A DNA stretch of 50,032 bases from Mesotaenium endlicherianum. Lineage: Eukaryota. The DNA lies in assembly GCA_009602735.1 (NCBI GenBank), contig WELA01003361.1, forward strand, positions 126,548 through 176,579. Reading direction: 5' to 3'. Under the pieces are notes generated by a model. It did no database searches. It had not been told where the DNA came from and saw only the letters and a list, made by a program, of their open reading frames with translations. Shown piece by piece: positions 1-13,726 of the stretch. The position numbers and the translations under genes are program-made. Each line of letters begins with the position of its first letter. The stretch's first letter is position 1.

Positions 1-548
1 CTCACCTCCCCCCTCCCCCCTGCCCCTGCCCCGCTTCCACCCTGCCCCGCAATCCGTTCGTCCGGGTGCTTCTTCTTCGTCCTTGTCCTGCCCTGCGTGC
101 TGTCGCGTCTGGGGAGTCTGCGAGAGCACCAGGGACGGAGCCAGAGACGGTGCCAGAGAGACGAGCCAGAGGCAAAAGGGTGCAGGGCTGGGGCCAGAGG
201 CTGCCGCAGCAAGGGAGGAGACACCAAGGAGGGAACCGGTCGCGCTTGCCTGGCCTGCCCGCCTGCCTGCCCTTCTGCCGTTGGGCGGGGGGGCCCGGCT
301 TTGGGGGATCTCTGGAGAAGCTAGTGTGCGGGGGGGGGGGGGGGNNNNNNNNNNNNNNNNGGGGGGGGGGGGGGGGGGATGGCCAGCCGCCCTTGAAGAG
401 GAAGGGAAGGAGAGGGAAGCCCAACTGTCCTCGAGGGAGGCGGTTGTTCCTGCTGTCCCTTGAAGGTGGAGGCAAGCGGGGGGAGCAAGGGGGGAAGCTG
501 GAGGTGGGGCTGCGTCTAAGGCTGGGCTGCTTTGGCCCCCGGGAACAG

Positions 549-1118
549 AGTGTGCTTGTGCGTTTTTGCGTGTGTGTGTGTGTGTATGTGTGTGTATGTG
601 TGTATGTGTGTGTATGTGTGTGTATGTGTACGAGTGTGTGTGTGTGTACATGTCTGTGAGCGCGCGCATGCGTGCGTGCGTGCGTGCGTGCGTGGGTGTG
701 GACGCGCGCCCGTATGCATGTGTGCTTGTGCGTGTACGTGTGCGTGTGCACTCATTGCGCGTGTGCGTGTACGTGCGTGCTTATTGTGCGTGCGCGTGTG
801 CGTGTGTGCGAATGTGTCTCTAGAGGGCCCCTGACGCCCCTGGGTAACGCGCAGCGTGCCTCTGTAGCTAGCTCTAGCCATGCAGACGTCCTTGCGGCCT
901 TTGATGGCCGCCAGTCGGAGGCCCACCGTTAGGCCTGTGTCTGTCGAGTACTCAGAAGGCCTCGCTGAATGCCGCTCTGCCTTAGTGGGCTGTGGGTAGT
1001 GGGTGGTCTGTGTGTGATCTCTGAGTGTGGGCTCCCTGTGGCTGTCATCTGCCGCTCCCCTGTGAGGTGGCAGGCTGGCTGAGCTCCAGGCATGTGGCAG
1101 CAGGCGCAGCCTGAGGGG

Positions 1119-1174
<56 letters not shown>

Positions 1175-1238
1175 TACGCTCATGTGCATGTGTGTGCTCA
1201 TGTGTGCGCATGCGCGTGTGTGCATGCGCGTGTGTGCA

Positions 1239-1299
<61 letters not shown>

Positions 1300-1385
1300 C
1301 GGCGTATGCATGCGTCTGTGCGTGCAAGCATGCTCATGGGTGCGTGCCTGCGTGCATGTGTCGTGCGCGCGCGCGTGCGTGTGCG
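549..1385 (+). repeat. Intronic (TG)n / (TGCG/TGCA)n microsatellite blocks
   Basis: Long TG runs at about 549-810 and 1121-1385, directly upstream of the ASB exon acceptor. Confidence 0.9.
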
Positions 1386-1402
1386 AGGGCGAGAGAGCGC
1401 AG

Positions 1403-4400
1403 GGACGCCGGACGACTCGGGCATCTCGCTGGAGGTGGTGCAGCGCCTGGGCGCCTCGGGCGTGCCGCTCTTTGGCGTCTGCATGGGCCTCCAGTGCATG
1501 GGCCAGGCTTATGGCGGTAACACCCCCTGCTCCTCCTCCCTGCTCCTACTCCTANCTCCTCCTACAACTGCTGTTATTTTTTATGGGACTGCGCGCATGC
1601 GCGGGGCTGTGAGCCTCTGGGCCTCTGGCGCTCTCTCTGTCTGCCCCCTGCCGCCTGCCGCTGCTGCGGAGAAGGAGGGCGAGGGTCGTTGTGGAGCACA
1701 AGCTTGGCTGTTCTCGCACGGGCGCAACGTTGTCGGAAAGTTTTCGGTGATGTCAATATTTATTTTTTTCAATGTTCTGTTCTCTTCCTTGGGGGAAAAA
1801 TTTGGGGTGTCGAGATAACGACAATGCTCGTGTCGCCGGGTGCATGTGTGGTTGCGCCACTCCTCCAGGCTACATGGCCACCCTAATCTTCTTCTTCTAA
1901 GCTCTTTGGAAAACAGAGCGCGCCGTTTTAGCCCTCTTCCCATCCCCGGGTGGGCGCTGTGCGGCGCCCACGCTCTCTTGCGCTCTGGTGCTGTGCAGCG
2001 CCCATCCTCTTTTGGGCTCCTGCGCTCTTGCACTCCTCTCCGATGCCCTTCCTTGCCTTCTGATGCTCTCTGTCTGATGCTCTGTCGGGTGGGGGGGCGG
2101 CGGGTCTGTGGCTGGTGTGGGGTGGGGTTNNNNNNNNNNNNNNNNNNNNNNNNNNNNNNNNNNNNNNNNNNNNNNNNNNNNNNNNNNNNNNNNNNNNNNN
2201 NNNNNNNNNNNNNNNNNNNNNNNNNNNNNNNNNNNNNNNNNNNNNNNNNNNNNNNNNNNNNNNNNNNNNNNNNNNNNNNNNNNNNNNNNNNNNNNNNNNN
2301 NNNNNNNNNNNNNNNNNNNNNNNNNNNNNNNNNNNNNNNNNNNNNNNNNNNNNNNNNNNNNNNNNNNNNNNNNNNNNNNNNNNNNNNNNNNNNNNNNNNN
2401 NNNNNNNNNNNNNNNNNNNNNNNNNNNNNNNNNNNNNNNNNNNNNNNNNNNNNNNNNNNNNNNNNNNNNNNNNNNNNNNNNNNNNNNNNNNNNNNNNNNN
2501 NNNNNNNNNNNNNNNNNNNNNNNNNNNNNNNNNNNNNNNNNNNNNNNNNNNNNNNNNNNNNNNNNNNNNNNNNNNNNNNNNNNNNNNNNNNNNNNNNNNN
2601 NNNNNNNNNNNNNNNNNNNNNNNNNNNNNNNNNNNNNNNNNNNNNNNNNNNNNNNNNNNNNNNNNNNNNNNNNNNNNNNNNNNNNNNNNNNNNNNNNNNN
2701 NNNNNNNNNNNNNNNNNNNNNNNNNNNNNNNNNNNNNNNNNNNNNNNNNNNNNNNNNNNNNNNNNNNNNNNNNNNNNNNNNNNNNNNNNNNNNNNNNNNN
2801 NNNNNNNNNNNNNNNNNNNNNNNNNNNNNNNNNNNNNNNNNNNNNNNNNNNNNNNNNNNNNNNNNNNNNNNNNNNNNNNNNNNNNNNNNNNNNNNNNNNN
2901 NNNNNNNNNNNNNNNNNNNNNNNNNNNNNNNNNNNNNNNNNNNNNNNNNNNNNNNNNNNNNNNNNNNNNNNNNNNNNNNNNNNNNNNNNNNNNNNNNNNN
3001 NCCCATCCCCTCCTCCCGTCCTCTCCTTTGTGCGCGTGCACATACTCGGCAAGCCCTCGTGCCCTTTCTGCGCTCTCCCCATCCAGAACGAGAGTGCTCA
3101 CCCCCCATCAACGCGCGTGCACGCGGGCGGGCGGCGGGCGGGCGGGCGGGCGGCGGGTGTTTGCACTCGGGCGGGCGGCAGTCCCTTCACAGCGTGCAGG
3201 TATCACAGCCTGGTGATTGACAAGGCCACCTTCCCGGAGGGCGAGCTGGAGGTCACCGCGTGGACCGAGGACGGCCTGGTGATGGGCGTGCGGCACCGGC
3301 GCTTCCGCTACGTCGAGGTCGCCGCTCTACTCCGTCTCCTTCTTTCTCTCGGCCTGCTCGCTCGCCCGCCCACTCCCTCCCTCCTCCTCTCGTCTCTTCC
3401 TCGTCTCCTGTTCCCTTTCCTCCTCTCCTCTTCTTTTCTTTCCCTGTTCTCCTTCTCTCCTTTCCTCCTCCTCTCCTTCTCCTCTCCTTTTTACCTCCTC
3501 CTCTCCTCTCCTTCTCCTCTCCTCAACTCTCCTTGTCTCATCTCTCCTTTCCTCTCCTCTCCTCTTCTTGCCTCTATCCTCCTCTTTCACTTCTATCCTC
3601 TCCTCTCCTCTCCCCTCCTCTTCTCTCCTCTCTTCTCTCCCCGTCTCCTCTCCTCTCCTTCTGCTGTCTGTTTTCCTCTCTTGCCCCTTATCCCTACTCC
3701 TAGTGAACTGCGGGCCACGCTCCTATCTATCCTGTAGATTCCGTTTTCACGTCCGTCTTTACTTCATGTGCACCGTCCCCTTCTCTTCTCGTATGTTCCG
3801 TCTCTCGCTTAAGCCTGTGTGCTCTTTCTTCTCCAAATTTGAGTGCACCCCACTCATTCTTCTCATTCTCCCCCCCTTTTGAGTGCACCCACCCACTTCT
3901 GCTGTTTCTTGTTGTCAATTTTAGATGCTCACGCCCTCCTCCGCCCTTCTTTTCTCGGCTATCACATGTGTGTGCCTGCGTGCTCGCCCTGACCCTTGGA
4001 TGCACGCTCATCGGCTCTTGCCCCTGGCCTCCTGTCGTCTTCGTCGACTGATGTTTGTCTTTCATCCTGTCTCTTACTAATGCCTTCGCACTTGTTCTGA
4101 CCCTTGGGCACGCATGCACTGTCAAATGCTCCCCTGTCATGATGTCCGTTGTCAGAGCCGACGGTTTGACGTGTGATGCCAGTGAATGCCCGGACCTATC
4201 TTTGGATTCACCTTCGGCCCTCTTCTGTTCCTCGCACCGGCTCACGCGTTCCAGGGAGAGACTAGATCCTCCTCAGAGCCTTGTAAAAACTCAATATGAT
4301 ACGCTCCGTCGCAGCGCTGCCCGGTTAAATGTTGGGCACGTTCGTTCCTTCCATTTTTGCAAAGGGGTGGAACACCGCAAGAGATTCCCGCTTGTGCCAT

Positions 4401-4889
4401 GTGGCAAGCCCTCCTCCATCACAGTCACTTGGGCGTGAGGGCTAAACAGCAGCAAGCCGCAAGTGACATGTGGCAACTTGCTACCAGCCCACAACGGTCC
4501 ATTTATCCGGGCACCATGTGGCGTTCCGCTCTTCTGTGCTCATATCATGGACGTCGGATCACAGCTCCTCCTCTCAGGAAGTCTTCTCCTCTTCTTCTTT
4601 TCTCCTTTTCTGTGCTCCCCCCTTTTCTCGTGACTCCGTGTGGGCGTCCTTTGCGGAGGTATGTATTGCGTCTTTTTATTCCCCAATCAGTCGAGAGTTG
4701 TGGGCATAGAGTCTATGAGGACTTGCTAGCCTAACGCAATGCGGCAGCCTTGCTCTCTTGTTGGTTTAGCAGGGGGTGCAATTTCATCCAGAGAGCATCA
4801 TCACTCAGAGCGGCATGAATATAGTGGAGAACTTTGTGAAAGGCCTCGAGAGGCGTGAGCAGGAGGAGGCTGCAAGCAGGGTAGGGTGA
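1403..4889 (+). CDS. ASB1: Anthranilate synthase beta subunit (class I glutamine amidotransferase, TrpG), 5'-partial
   Basis: Visible exons: 1403-1516 (GTPDDSGISLEVVQRLGASGVPLFGVCMGLQCMGQAYG, catalytic Cys), 3182-3317 (PFTACRYHSLVIDKATFPEGELEVTAWTEDGLVMGVRHRRFRYVE) and 4773-4889 (GVQFHPESIITQSGMNIVENFVKGLERREQEEAASRVG*, His-Pro-Glu). All are AG/GT bounded. The expected 'VMHGKSS' exon probably lies in gap 2130-3001; the N-terminal exons were not found and probably lie upstream of the window. Confidence 0.92.
3330..3700 (+). repeat. CT-rich low-complexity tract directly after a 5' splice site
   Basis: About 370 bp of nearly pure C/T (CCTCT-like) following donor 3318. Confidence 0.85.
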
Positions 4890-7800
4890 CAGTAGCCCAG
4901 GGTGACAGCTACTAAAAAGTTGTCCCTTATTGTGATTATCCTGTCGGATTTCTTCAGTCATATTCATCCGAGATACACGAAATTATATCTGCTATGGTCA
5001 GTACTCGAGCTTACAGATCGTGCAACATGTCCAGGTGAGGTGCTGCTAGGCGTGGAGTGCTCGGTGCTTGACAGCAGAGCTGATTGCAGACAGGTGCCTC
5101 AGTGTGTGTCACTATCACATCAGATAGCCACATCAGCAACCTGTACTGAATGCCAATGAGGTTGCACATCAGTAACATGTCTGTGGCTTTCTCATTATGC
5201 TCCTAATATAAATGCGTAAACTTAGCCAGGTACTTCCGTTGCAATGACTTAGTGTGTTCTCGAGTCTCCACATTTCAGGTGCAGCTTAGGTACAGAATCG
5301 AACACTGACTGCAAATCCACTTCTCTTTTAAGTTTCTTAGCAAAGATCCTGAAGCAAAGCCACACAGATTATGCAGGTTCACATATAGTACAACTTCCCG
5401 TAAGGAGTGTATTGCAGGATTACCGGCTCCACCAGATGATGGATTGCAATAATATATTAATCAGCCGAGAAAGTAGACAAACTTCAGCGAATGCTGGCGG
5501 AACACCACTAGTTTGCTAACATGATGCCACTTATTCGATATGCTATGGAGCTGCCCACTTTCAACTCCCAACTCGCGCCATCTCTTCTTTACAAGAGCTT
5601 CGCAGGAAGCAGAAACTCCAGGAACGAAAACTTTTGACTGGCTTCCCCAACCTAAGTGAGAGCCATAACACGCCCGCTCTTGTCACTTCCGTAAGTAACA
5701 TGCTTTACGCGACACACGCGTTGACATACCCCACCCCTTACATAGCTTCCAGATGGCACATATACTGGATGTGACATATTGACCTATGGATTAGTATAAC
5801 TTTAGCCCTAAAATATTTGCATGTTCTAAATATTTGCAAAAGTGCCTACTCATGGTTGCAATATAGCAGCCAAGAGATCTTTTCTGAAAGACATATATGG
5901 AGCGAGCTTGCAAAACAAGAAAACTGCTGAGCCTGAGAGGGCAAGGAGTGGCCATGGAATAACCTTGAATCTTGTCAACCTCTCCAAATAAACTGTAGTG
6001 CCATGAGCAGCAGACGATATTGCCTGCCTTCATATCAGACACTCTCCACCATACATCCTGTGAAGCCAGCCAACCCCCCGCCCGCCCCCCCCCNCTCCTC
6101 TCCCACCCCTATTCACCAACTCCGGAAGTCCCCAAATCTATAACCTCTATGGAGCCACATCTCTTGGCGAATGCTCTGGTCTCGATCGCACAGGCCTCGA
6201 AAGCTGCTCGTCTGCGACTGTGTCGTCGCGAGAGTATGTCGAATATGCATCTTCAAAATCATATCTCTGCTCAAATTGTCCACCCGCCTTCAGCTCTTGC
6301 TCGTCTTCAGACGGCCAGGATTGCACATCACTCATACCTGTCTTCTGGCAGACAGCCACAATAACCAGCAAAAGACCCATTGCTACAGGAACCACGCATA
6401 GGGCTGTGATAACTATAATCTCAATCACCGAAACGTCCTTCATGTTGACTGAATGTTGTTAAGCGTGTAAACGTGTCGCAGAAATCGCCTGCAAACTCCT
6501 GCAAAGACATGCATGTAAAGAGCGGGTCAGCTACTGCCACTGCCTGCTAGACGACCCTAGATATGCAGCAACACAAAGCACATGACAAGATTATTCTTGC
6601 AGGATAGTCATGCATGTCAACCAGCAAGCCCGTCTGGTATATGCCTACTCCCCAAATGCGACCTGCCACATACTTCGGTATGTACGCTAACTCTACGGCC
6701 ATGACAAGTAGCATAGAACAACTTGACATGAGAGCAAACAAAATTGAAGAACTGCGTTTAGGTGAACCTGCCTAACCTCAAATGCAATACTCTACCCAGG
6801 TGCACCCGGCCTTTCTGTGTTGATTGGACAAGAAAATCAAAAGCGACCACGGAAGCGAGAGCAAGCAGATGCCAATGGAAAGAACACACGACCCGTTACA
6901 ACAACATGCAAATGATGATGCACAAGCAAGTATGCCCTTCCCAGCTAATGTCAAGAACACCCAAGCCATGACCAACAAGAACGAACACATATCGCCTCCC
7001 AAAAGCAGGATGATGCAAATACAAGAGTTGAATAGACGAAAGAAAGTAATTAGGGTTCATATCTGACACGGCATCAAGCAACTTCGAATGACTGCATCGA
7101 TGCAGCGACATTTTTACGCCTACTACTCAGATTTGTAGTGACGAGGATGTACCTAAATGCAGAAGGCAGCGTCCACAATGTCTCAACTCCAAACTGGTGC
7201 CTTTTGCAAACAACGCACTAACATCTCACGGAGGCAGTTCCAAAAGAGTGTTCAAGCATCAACAGAAACGAGTGATAGTCCCCCGATGAAGTGCAGAAGA
7301 AAGCCAAAGCAATGCCCGGAAGTGGTGCAGAAAGAAAGAGTGCAAAGAGGAGACGAGTGAAAAGTGGACCGGGGAAATTTACAATTAGGTGTTGTGGTGA
7401 GCTTGAGGTTACGGCTTTGGAGATCGATGCAGATTTTCCAGAAGCAACAGCTCGCAAGAGAACTAACTGATGGGCGAGTGATGGGATGGGGTCAATTTGG
7501 TGAGTCGCGACTGGGGACAGGTTGACCGCGATCGATGGCTTTGGCCCACTCTGCCCACACTGGCCCCAAGCTGGGGGCCCAAGTGGGCCGGAGCAACATG
7601 CAAGCGAGATGTATACCACAGTTTGGAACAGAGTAAACGGTCTTATGATGGGACCGCATCTGGGCGGTAATTGTGAGCATGAGTTGGTTGGTCACTACAA
7701 AGACCGACTGCAAAATCGGACCAATCGGGTCCAGAGACAGCGCGGGCCAGATGTATAACGAACGTATCATCAGAATTGACATAGAAGACGCCAAAATAGG

Positions 7801-8160
7801 AGGAGGTTGCAACAATCAAGTGCTGGTAAAGTGTCGAGAGCTAACAGTACTTGTACCCTCGGAGAGCCTGTTGGAGCCAATTATGGCGAATAATTTTGGC
7901 ATCAGTTTCTTAAATCAATCAGATTCTGATTGACGCACGGCGACCAAAATGGATGACTCTGACAGCCTTCGGTGTCGGACAGAATCGTTCCACGCCGCTC
8001 CATCCCCGCATGTAGGCTGTTAACGACTGTTAATGACTGTTTATGACAGGTCATGATGGTTGCTGCCGTGCGGTGTACTGATCCAAAAGAGTGCCATGCA
8101 TAATGTACAGTCTTTCGTGAGGGTTCCTCGCATGTGGCGCAAACCGCTTTAAATGGCTTA

Positions 8161-8887
8161 GGCCCAGTTTACAGTGGCCACAGGCACTCAATTGATCAAC
8201 GCGAATTGCGAAATTGAAAATTACGAGATCGAAGCGACGAAGACAAAGGTAGACGACCAAGTTTTAAACAGCTAAACAAAAAAGCGTTTACAGTGCACAG
8301 GCACAAATTGATTGAGGGAAATGGTAAAATCCCCTCCACATAATGTCGCGCTTCGTCTCCGCGTAATTTCCGGGCTCGGTCAGACCTCACAAATCATATT
8401 TTAACATCGTGCATCGTGCATCTTGCTCTTAAAAAATGACCTTTGGGTGCCGAAACCTCACATCCTCAAGACGAATGTTAAGTGTAGAAACTTGGAGAAC
8501 GCTTTATTTTTTTCTCTACTCCTTGTCGTCCCAAAATCGTTGCTAAAAAAGTAAAGTACACCACGAGTACATCCTTCTTTGCATCCCCTGCCTAATACCG
8601 ACAGTCCTTGTCGATCGAGTGATCGTTGAGGAGAGGTCATTCGAGGGGTCGAACACATCTCAGATTCTCAAACCTGCTCGAGAGCAGGTTTGAAAATCCG
8701 AGTTTGATTGATTGAAACCACGAAGTTCAATCAATTTTTTTTACCAACTTCAATCAATCACGTCGCGCCTAAAGACCACTGTAAACAGCACTTTCATTGC
8801 GCTCAAATTGAAAATGTACCTGCAGGTAACGGTTCGTACCTTTCAATCAATTAAGTCGCTATCGATTTGCCCACTGTAAATTGGGCC
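8161..8887. mobile_element. Non-autonomous PIF/Harbinger (Tourist-like) MITE, 727 bp
   Basis: TIRs GGCCCAGTTTACAGTGG (8161-8177) and CCACTGTAAATTGGGCC (8871-8887), 16/17 match. TTA on both flanks (8158-8160, 8888-8890). No coding capacity; internal hairpins. Confidence 0.8.
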
Positions 8888-11470
8888 TTAAACGTCTCAT
8901 GGTCATGCAGGAGACTAGTAGTATCTAGAAATTATACTTCAAGGAGCGCCTCACTTTTCGGATGAATAAGGTCCCGAGAGACCTGCCATTTATGTTCTTA
9001 ATTGAATGTGGAGGTATCCTCTTAGACAAGTTCTAGAAAGAGGAACAGGGAGTTCAGAACAAATATGAACATGAAGAACTTTATATATGAGCGATTTTGC
9101 TTAATGTTGAAATCAACCAGGCCTGTTTCTCAAAGTTTTTCACAATATGTCATGTTCACATTGTTCTTACAGATTCATGTTTTTCTATCCAAGCTTGAAA
9201 ACACACCCCCGGCAACGATGTTGCCCGCCGTAAACCGGGCTAAATGGGCGTTAAGACAAGCCAAATGGTCGATAATTTTAGGATAGTGGTGGTTCCACCA
9301 AAATGTTCTTTCTTCTGAGCAGAATACATAAATGAGTGACAATCATATATGTTTACGTCTCCTTCACGTGATATGCAATTATGCATGACGTACATGTTAA
9401 GTTTCAAATCACAAGAGTATTTCAAATAAAAGTGGCACTAATGCAATGGATACAGTAAGTTTCAAGAGGTTAATATGCATAAGTGATGTAGAGTGTTGCT
9501 AACAGGCTATATCTTTCTTGTTTAACACCTTCCTGACTTTTTCCAAGCTGGACAAGTATATGTTGGATTGTTCTTTAGCTTCAAGAATAAAATGCACCAC
9601 CTTGAAAATGTACAGGCCACGTAACGGCCCGCTTTGATCCATTTGAAAAGCAATAGGATCCAAACCCATATGACTTAGATAGGAAAAAAAAAGTGGACCC
9701 CCTGTGTGGCTCCTATGGGCCAAGTCCCACATAGGACAGCATTCTACAGAGTAGTAGTATATGGCTGAAAAAATTGCACATGAAGTATTGAAACATCAAC
9801 TTTTTTTCTTTATTTGAGAATTGTTGACGAACTCTGACAATGTGATGTGTATTGATGCCGGAAGTCAACTTTGCTTACAGTCTGTTTGACGTACTAACAG
9901 TTATTAGATGAGCAATATTTGATGCGTACAACATACTAGGACCATGAAATTATTATATTACATATGTTTGCAGTTGACGGAGCACCGGTAATATGTTTCA
10001 AGCCTTCAATCTTTCTATATAAGGTTGCCTTCTCAAATTTGGTAGGATTCATTGGCTTCCACAAACTTTCAACAGGAATATTATGTTTGCATTGCTCTCA
10101 TGAGGAGTAATAATGACATTGAAAGTCAAAATACAGGGGATAAAGACGTTAAAGAGCCCTCACAACCTCGTTCACGGATGTGGGTGTTGGACTATTTTCC
10201 CTATATGAGTCATATTTAGAAATTTCATTGGTCCGTCATGACAAACGCGTGTGGTCGTAAACGTTGCATTGCATTTCATACTTGACCTCAAATAAACCTA
10301 AAAGGTTCTCAAAAGTCATTAAACATCTCAAGCTTTTTGGCAACAAACATTCATACTAATTGATATTTCGCACCAATCAGAATAACCACACAAGATGGAA
10401 GTTTTCATATGTTTTTCATTCACAATCATTGTTTAACCAATTTTACTAATTTGAATCGCCTTCTAATTTGATCCTTCAAGTTGCGCTTGCCCTTTGATTT
10501 AATACATAGTTTATACTTGCCTACTCCCCGCGTTCACCCCCACGCAAATATATATTGGCATGTCTATGGACTCTTGAAGCCTGTGGAGGACGCATTACGC
10601 CGTACAAAGTCAGTTTGATCAAATTTGGCCCCTCATGAAAGTTCGAAACGGCAGGCATTCGGCCTTCCTTGTTATGGAATATACTTGGTAACTCGATGCG
10701 CCCTCATGATGTTGGCATGAGCGACCTGGCAAGAATTTGCAATGCTTCTAGCTGGCAGCAATTGGGGTTCAAGAGCGGTCATGAGAGAGGGAGCTCATTG
10801 TCATAATGTGCATAACAAGAGCGTGAGCAATTGTGGGCCAATGTAGGATCTACAAGCTAGCAATTGTAACGTGTGTTGACAATCTAATTTTTTAAAATTT
10901 TGAGCGCAAAGTTGATTGATGCAATTGGCTGGTAATTAATATGAAGTCTACACTATCTAGCCAAAATGCTCATGTATGGCTCCTCTATTGATCACTAGAA
11001 ACCAAACATCATAACGGCCAATCAGAGTGATAGAGAAGTCTCCTTTCCTTTAGTATGAAGGACAATAAAGCACAAGAAAATTGCCGTGGGCATAGTTGTA
11101 TTAAGTCTTGACACTACAGCAAAAAGCACACTTGCAGCATTTTTGCAAATGAAGCACCTGAATACGCCTTGATTCACATGCATACAATCGAAGGGGTGGT
11201 TTTAACCTCTAACCATTTCTTTCATTGCTCGTCAAAATGATGTTTGATGAAGGTGTATTATTATTCCACTCCAAGCTCATGATGACCGGCTGAATCAAAT
11301 TGCGCACATCCATAAGTCGTGGTGCCAACTCATTATAACTTTTGAAAGTACACTTTTTTGCTAAGTGAGTGAACTTTCAGGCAACTCGTGGAGGAAGCCC
11401 AAGACAAACTCAATATGTCCAGATGCAAATTCTACTACTATACACATAGACCTATCACCCTTCCGCGTCT

Positions 11471-11619
11471 GAAGCCTACTACCCTATCCCGAAGGATGAA
11501 GCCTACTACTCTATCCCGAAGGACCACCCAGCAAAAGTAACCCATTCATTCTACTCATCGTGGCGTCTAACCATGAAAGGCTCCAATGGGACAAGCCCGC
11601 AAGTGACAAGCCCGCAAGT
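11471..11619 (+). repeat. Short tandem duplications downstream of the receptor stop codon
   Basis: GAAGCCTACTAC(C/T)CTATCCCGAAGGA twice (27-bp period) and GACAAGCCCGCAAGT twice. Confidence 0.8.
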
Positions 11620-11696
11620 AAGGCGATGCCTCAAAAGAATTAGCCTTCCAAGCGTTTCACAAATACCCTGACACCCTGAAAGCCTGCATGGAGCGA

Positions 11697-13672
11697 CTAG
11701 TAGCTCCCTTGGATGTCGAGCTTGTCGAGCATCTTGCCGAGCACGTCTCGCAGAGTGTTGAGCGAGATGGGCTTGGTGATCATGCCCTCCATGCCGTGCT
11801 TGAGGCAGAGGTCCTTGGTGTGCTCGTCCGCGTTGGCCGTGAGGGCCACAATCACAGGCCGCCGGCTCTCCTCAATCTCCGCGTGCACCTTGTTGGCCAC
11901 TGTGTATCCATCCATCTGGCGGTGGCGGGGCCGGCCACAGAGCACGAGGGGAGGGGACAAACAGGGCACGAGGCAAGGGGACGACAGAGCACGAGGAAAT
12001 AAGAGAGCGTGAGAGGAAAGAGTACGGGGAAGTAGTGAAGGACATGGGGGTGGAAAAGACACGGGCGAAGAGACGACGTTATTGTCAATGTGACATTGAC
12101 CGAGGCGCCACACAGCAGAGGCGCAGTGATGGCACGATACCCCCATATTGTGGTCAAAATCAAAGACGGTTTCTTTTTTGCAAGGAGTACCCCACTACTC
12201 CCCCCCGAGCCCCGTGTTCAAAAGCCTGGTCCCAGCGACGCGTCCCGAGCGGGCTTCATAAGTGCGCTCAAGGGACCAAAATTTCAGCTACCACACCATG
12301 CCAGCTTGCCTACCCTCAGCCCATCAGCAATGGTTGCTGTGTGCTTTGAGGGCGGGGAAAGGGGCATGTGACGAAACAAGCAGGTGATGAAACAAGCGCT
12401 ACAGCCTCAGAAACATACGCAAACGCACGCGCATGCTCGCACTCTCCGTCTCTACCAGACAGTCAAGCGTCACAAGCAATCCCCCCCTACCCTTCCTCTC
12501 ACCCACGCACCCACCCACCCACCCACCCAACACACGCACACTCACACAGAGAGAGAACACGAGAGAGAGAGAGAGTGTGTGTGTGTGTATGTGTGTTAGA
12601 TCGACAGAGCACAAACAGACGCACGCACGCGCACACGCACGCACGCACCTCGGGCATCATGAGGTCCAGCAGCACCACGTTGTACTTCTCCTCGTTCTCG
12701 TCCTGCAGCAGGCGCAGGCACTCCTTGCCCGAGTCCACCACCTTGCAGGAGCACCCGATGCGATCCAGCAGCCGCTTCGTCACCAGCCGGTTCACCATGT
12801 TGTCGTCCACCACCATGATCTGCTTGCTCGCCGCCAACACCGGCACCCGCAACCGCACCGGCATCAGCATCGGCACCGGCACCGGCACCGGCACCGCTCC
12901 TCCCCCACAGAGAGCCAGAGGCAAAAACCCGAGGGGAAAACAACAAGGGGAAACAATGAGCGCACGAGAGAAGGAGAGGGGGACGGGGGACGAACGAGTG
13001 GGGAAAGAGAGACAGCGCATGGGAGACAGAGAGGGGGACGTCGACGACCGTCTTATCACTGTCAGCTGTTCGTTCAGCGTCTCCCCTCCTTGCCCCAAAG
13101 GCGAGCAGAACCAAGCGGGCAGGAAGGGAGCTCTGAGCGGAAGGAGAGCAAGAGCAGTGGAGAAGGGGAGGGGGGATTTGCCCACCATCGCAATCTGCTA
13201 GTAATGGCTCCTCGCAAGCCCTGAGGAAAGCGAGCGGGGGAAGAACGCGTGCATCAGAGAAGGAGAGGGGAAGGCCAGCAGTCACCACAATTTGATTGCT
13301 GTGGTCCTCCCCGCAGAAAGACAAGGGGGGAAAGAATGAGCCAAGCGGGGAGCGAGAGAAGCAAAGCAGGGCGAGGTGACGACAGCGATCCGCTCGCAGT
13401 GGGCGCGCTCAGGCCCTGCCATTTGCGATTTTCGCAGAGGAGTGGCTTGCTCATGCTTGCTCATGCTTGCTCGTGCTTGCTCATGCTTGCATGCACGAGC
13501 GCATGCTTGCTCATGCTTGCATGCACAAGCGCATGCTTGTACGCTCTTCAGTATTTTGTGCATGGGCCGATATGTAGGCTCTTGAGGCAGACCAATCACG
13601 TCCGCGACACGCACGCACGCACGCACGCACACACACACAGAGAGATACATGCATATACACGCGAGCAAGCGT

Positions 13673-13726
<54 letters not shown>

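Noticed and set aside
2..1400. Long His/Thr- or Cys/Val-rich ORFs (HTHTHT, CVCVCV), also near 13.3-13.9, 16, 32.2 and 40-42 kb
   Set aside because: These are translations of (CA)/(TG) microsatellites, not metal-binding proteins.
2130..3001. Long ORFs spanning N runs (also 14055-14611, 18649-18939, 38559-38709, 43661-43904)
   Set aside because: Artefacts of assembly gaps. The gaps probably hide real exons but cannot be read.
10640..11340. Minus-strand fragment RLMDVRNLIQPVIMSLEW (11319-11266), loosely reminiscent of hAT transposase
   Set aside because: Short, surrounded by stops and lacking catalytic motifs or termini; it would need a profile search to support.
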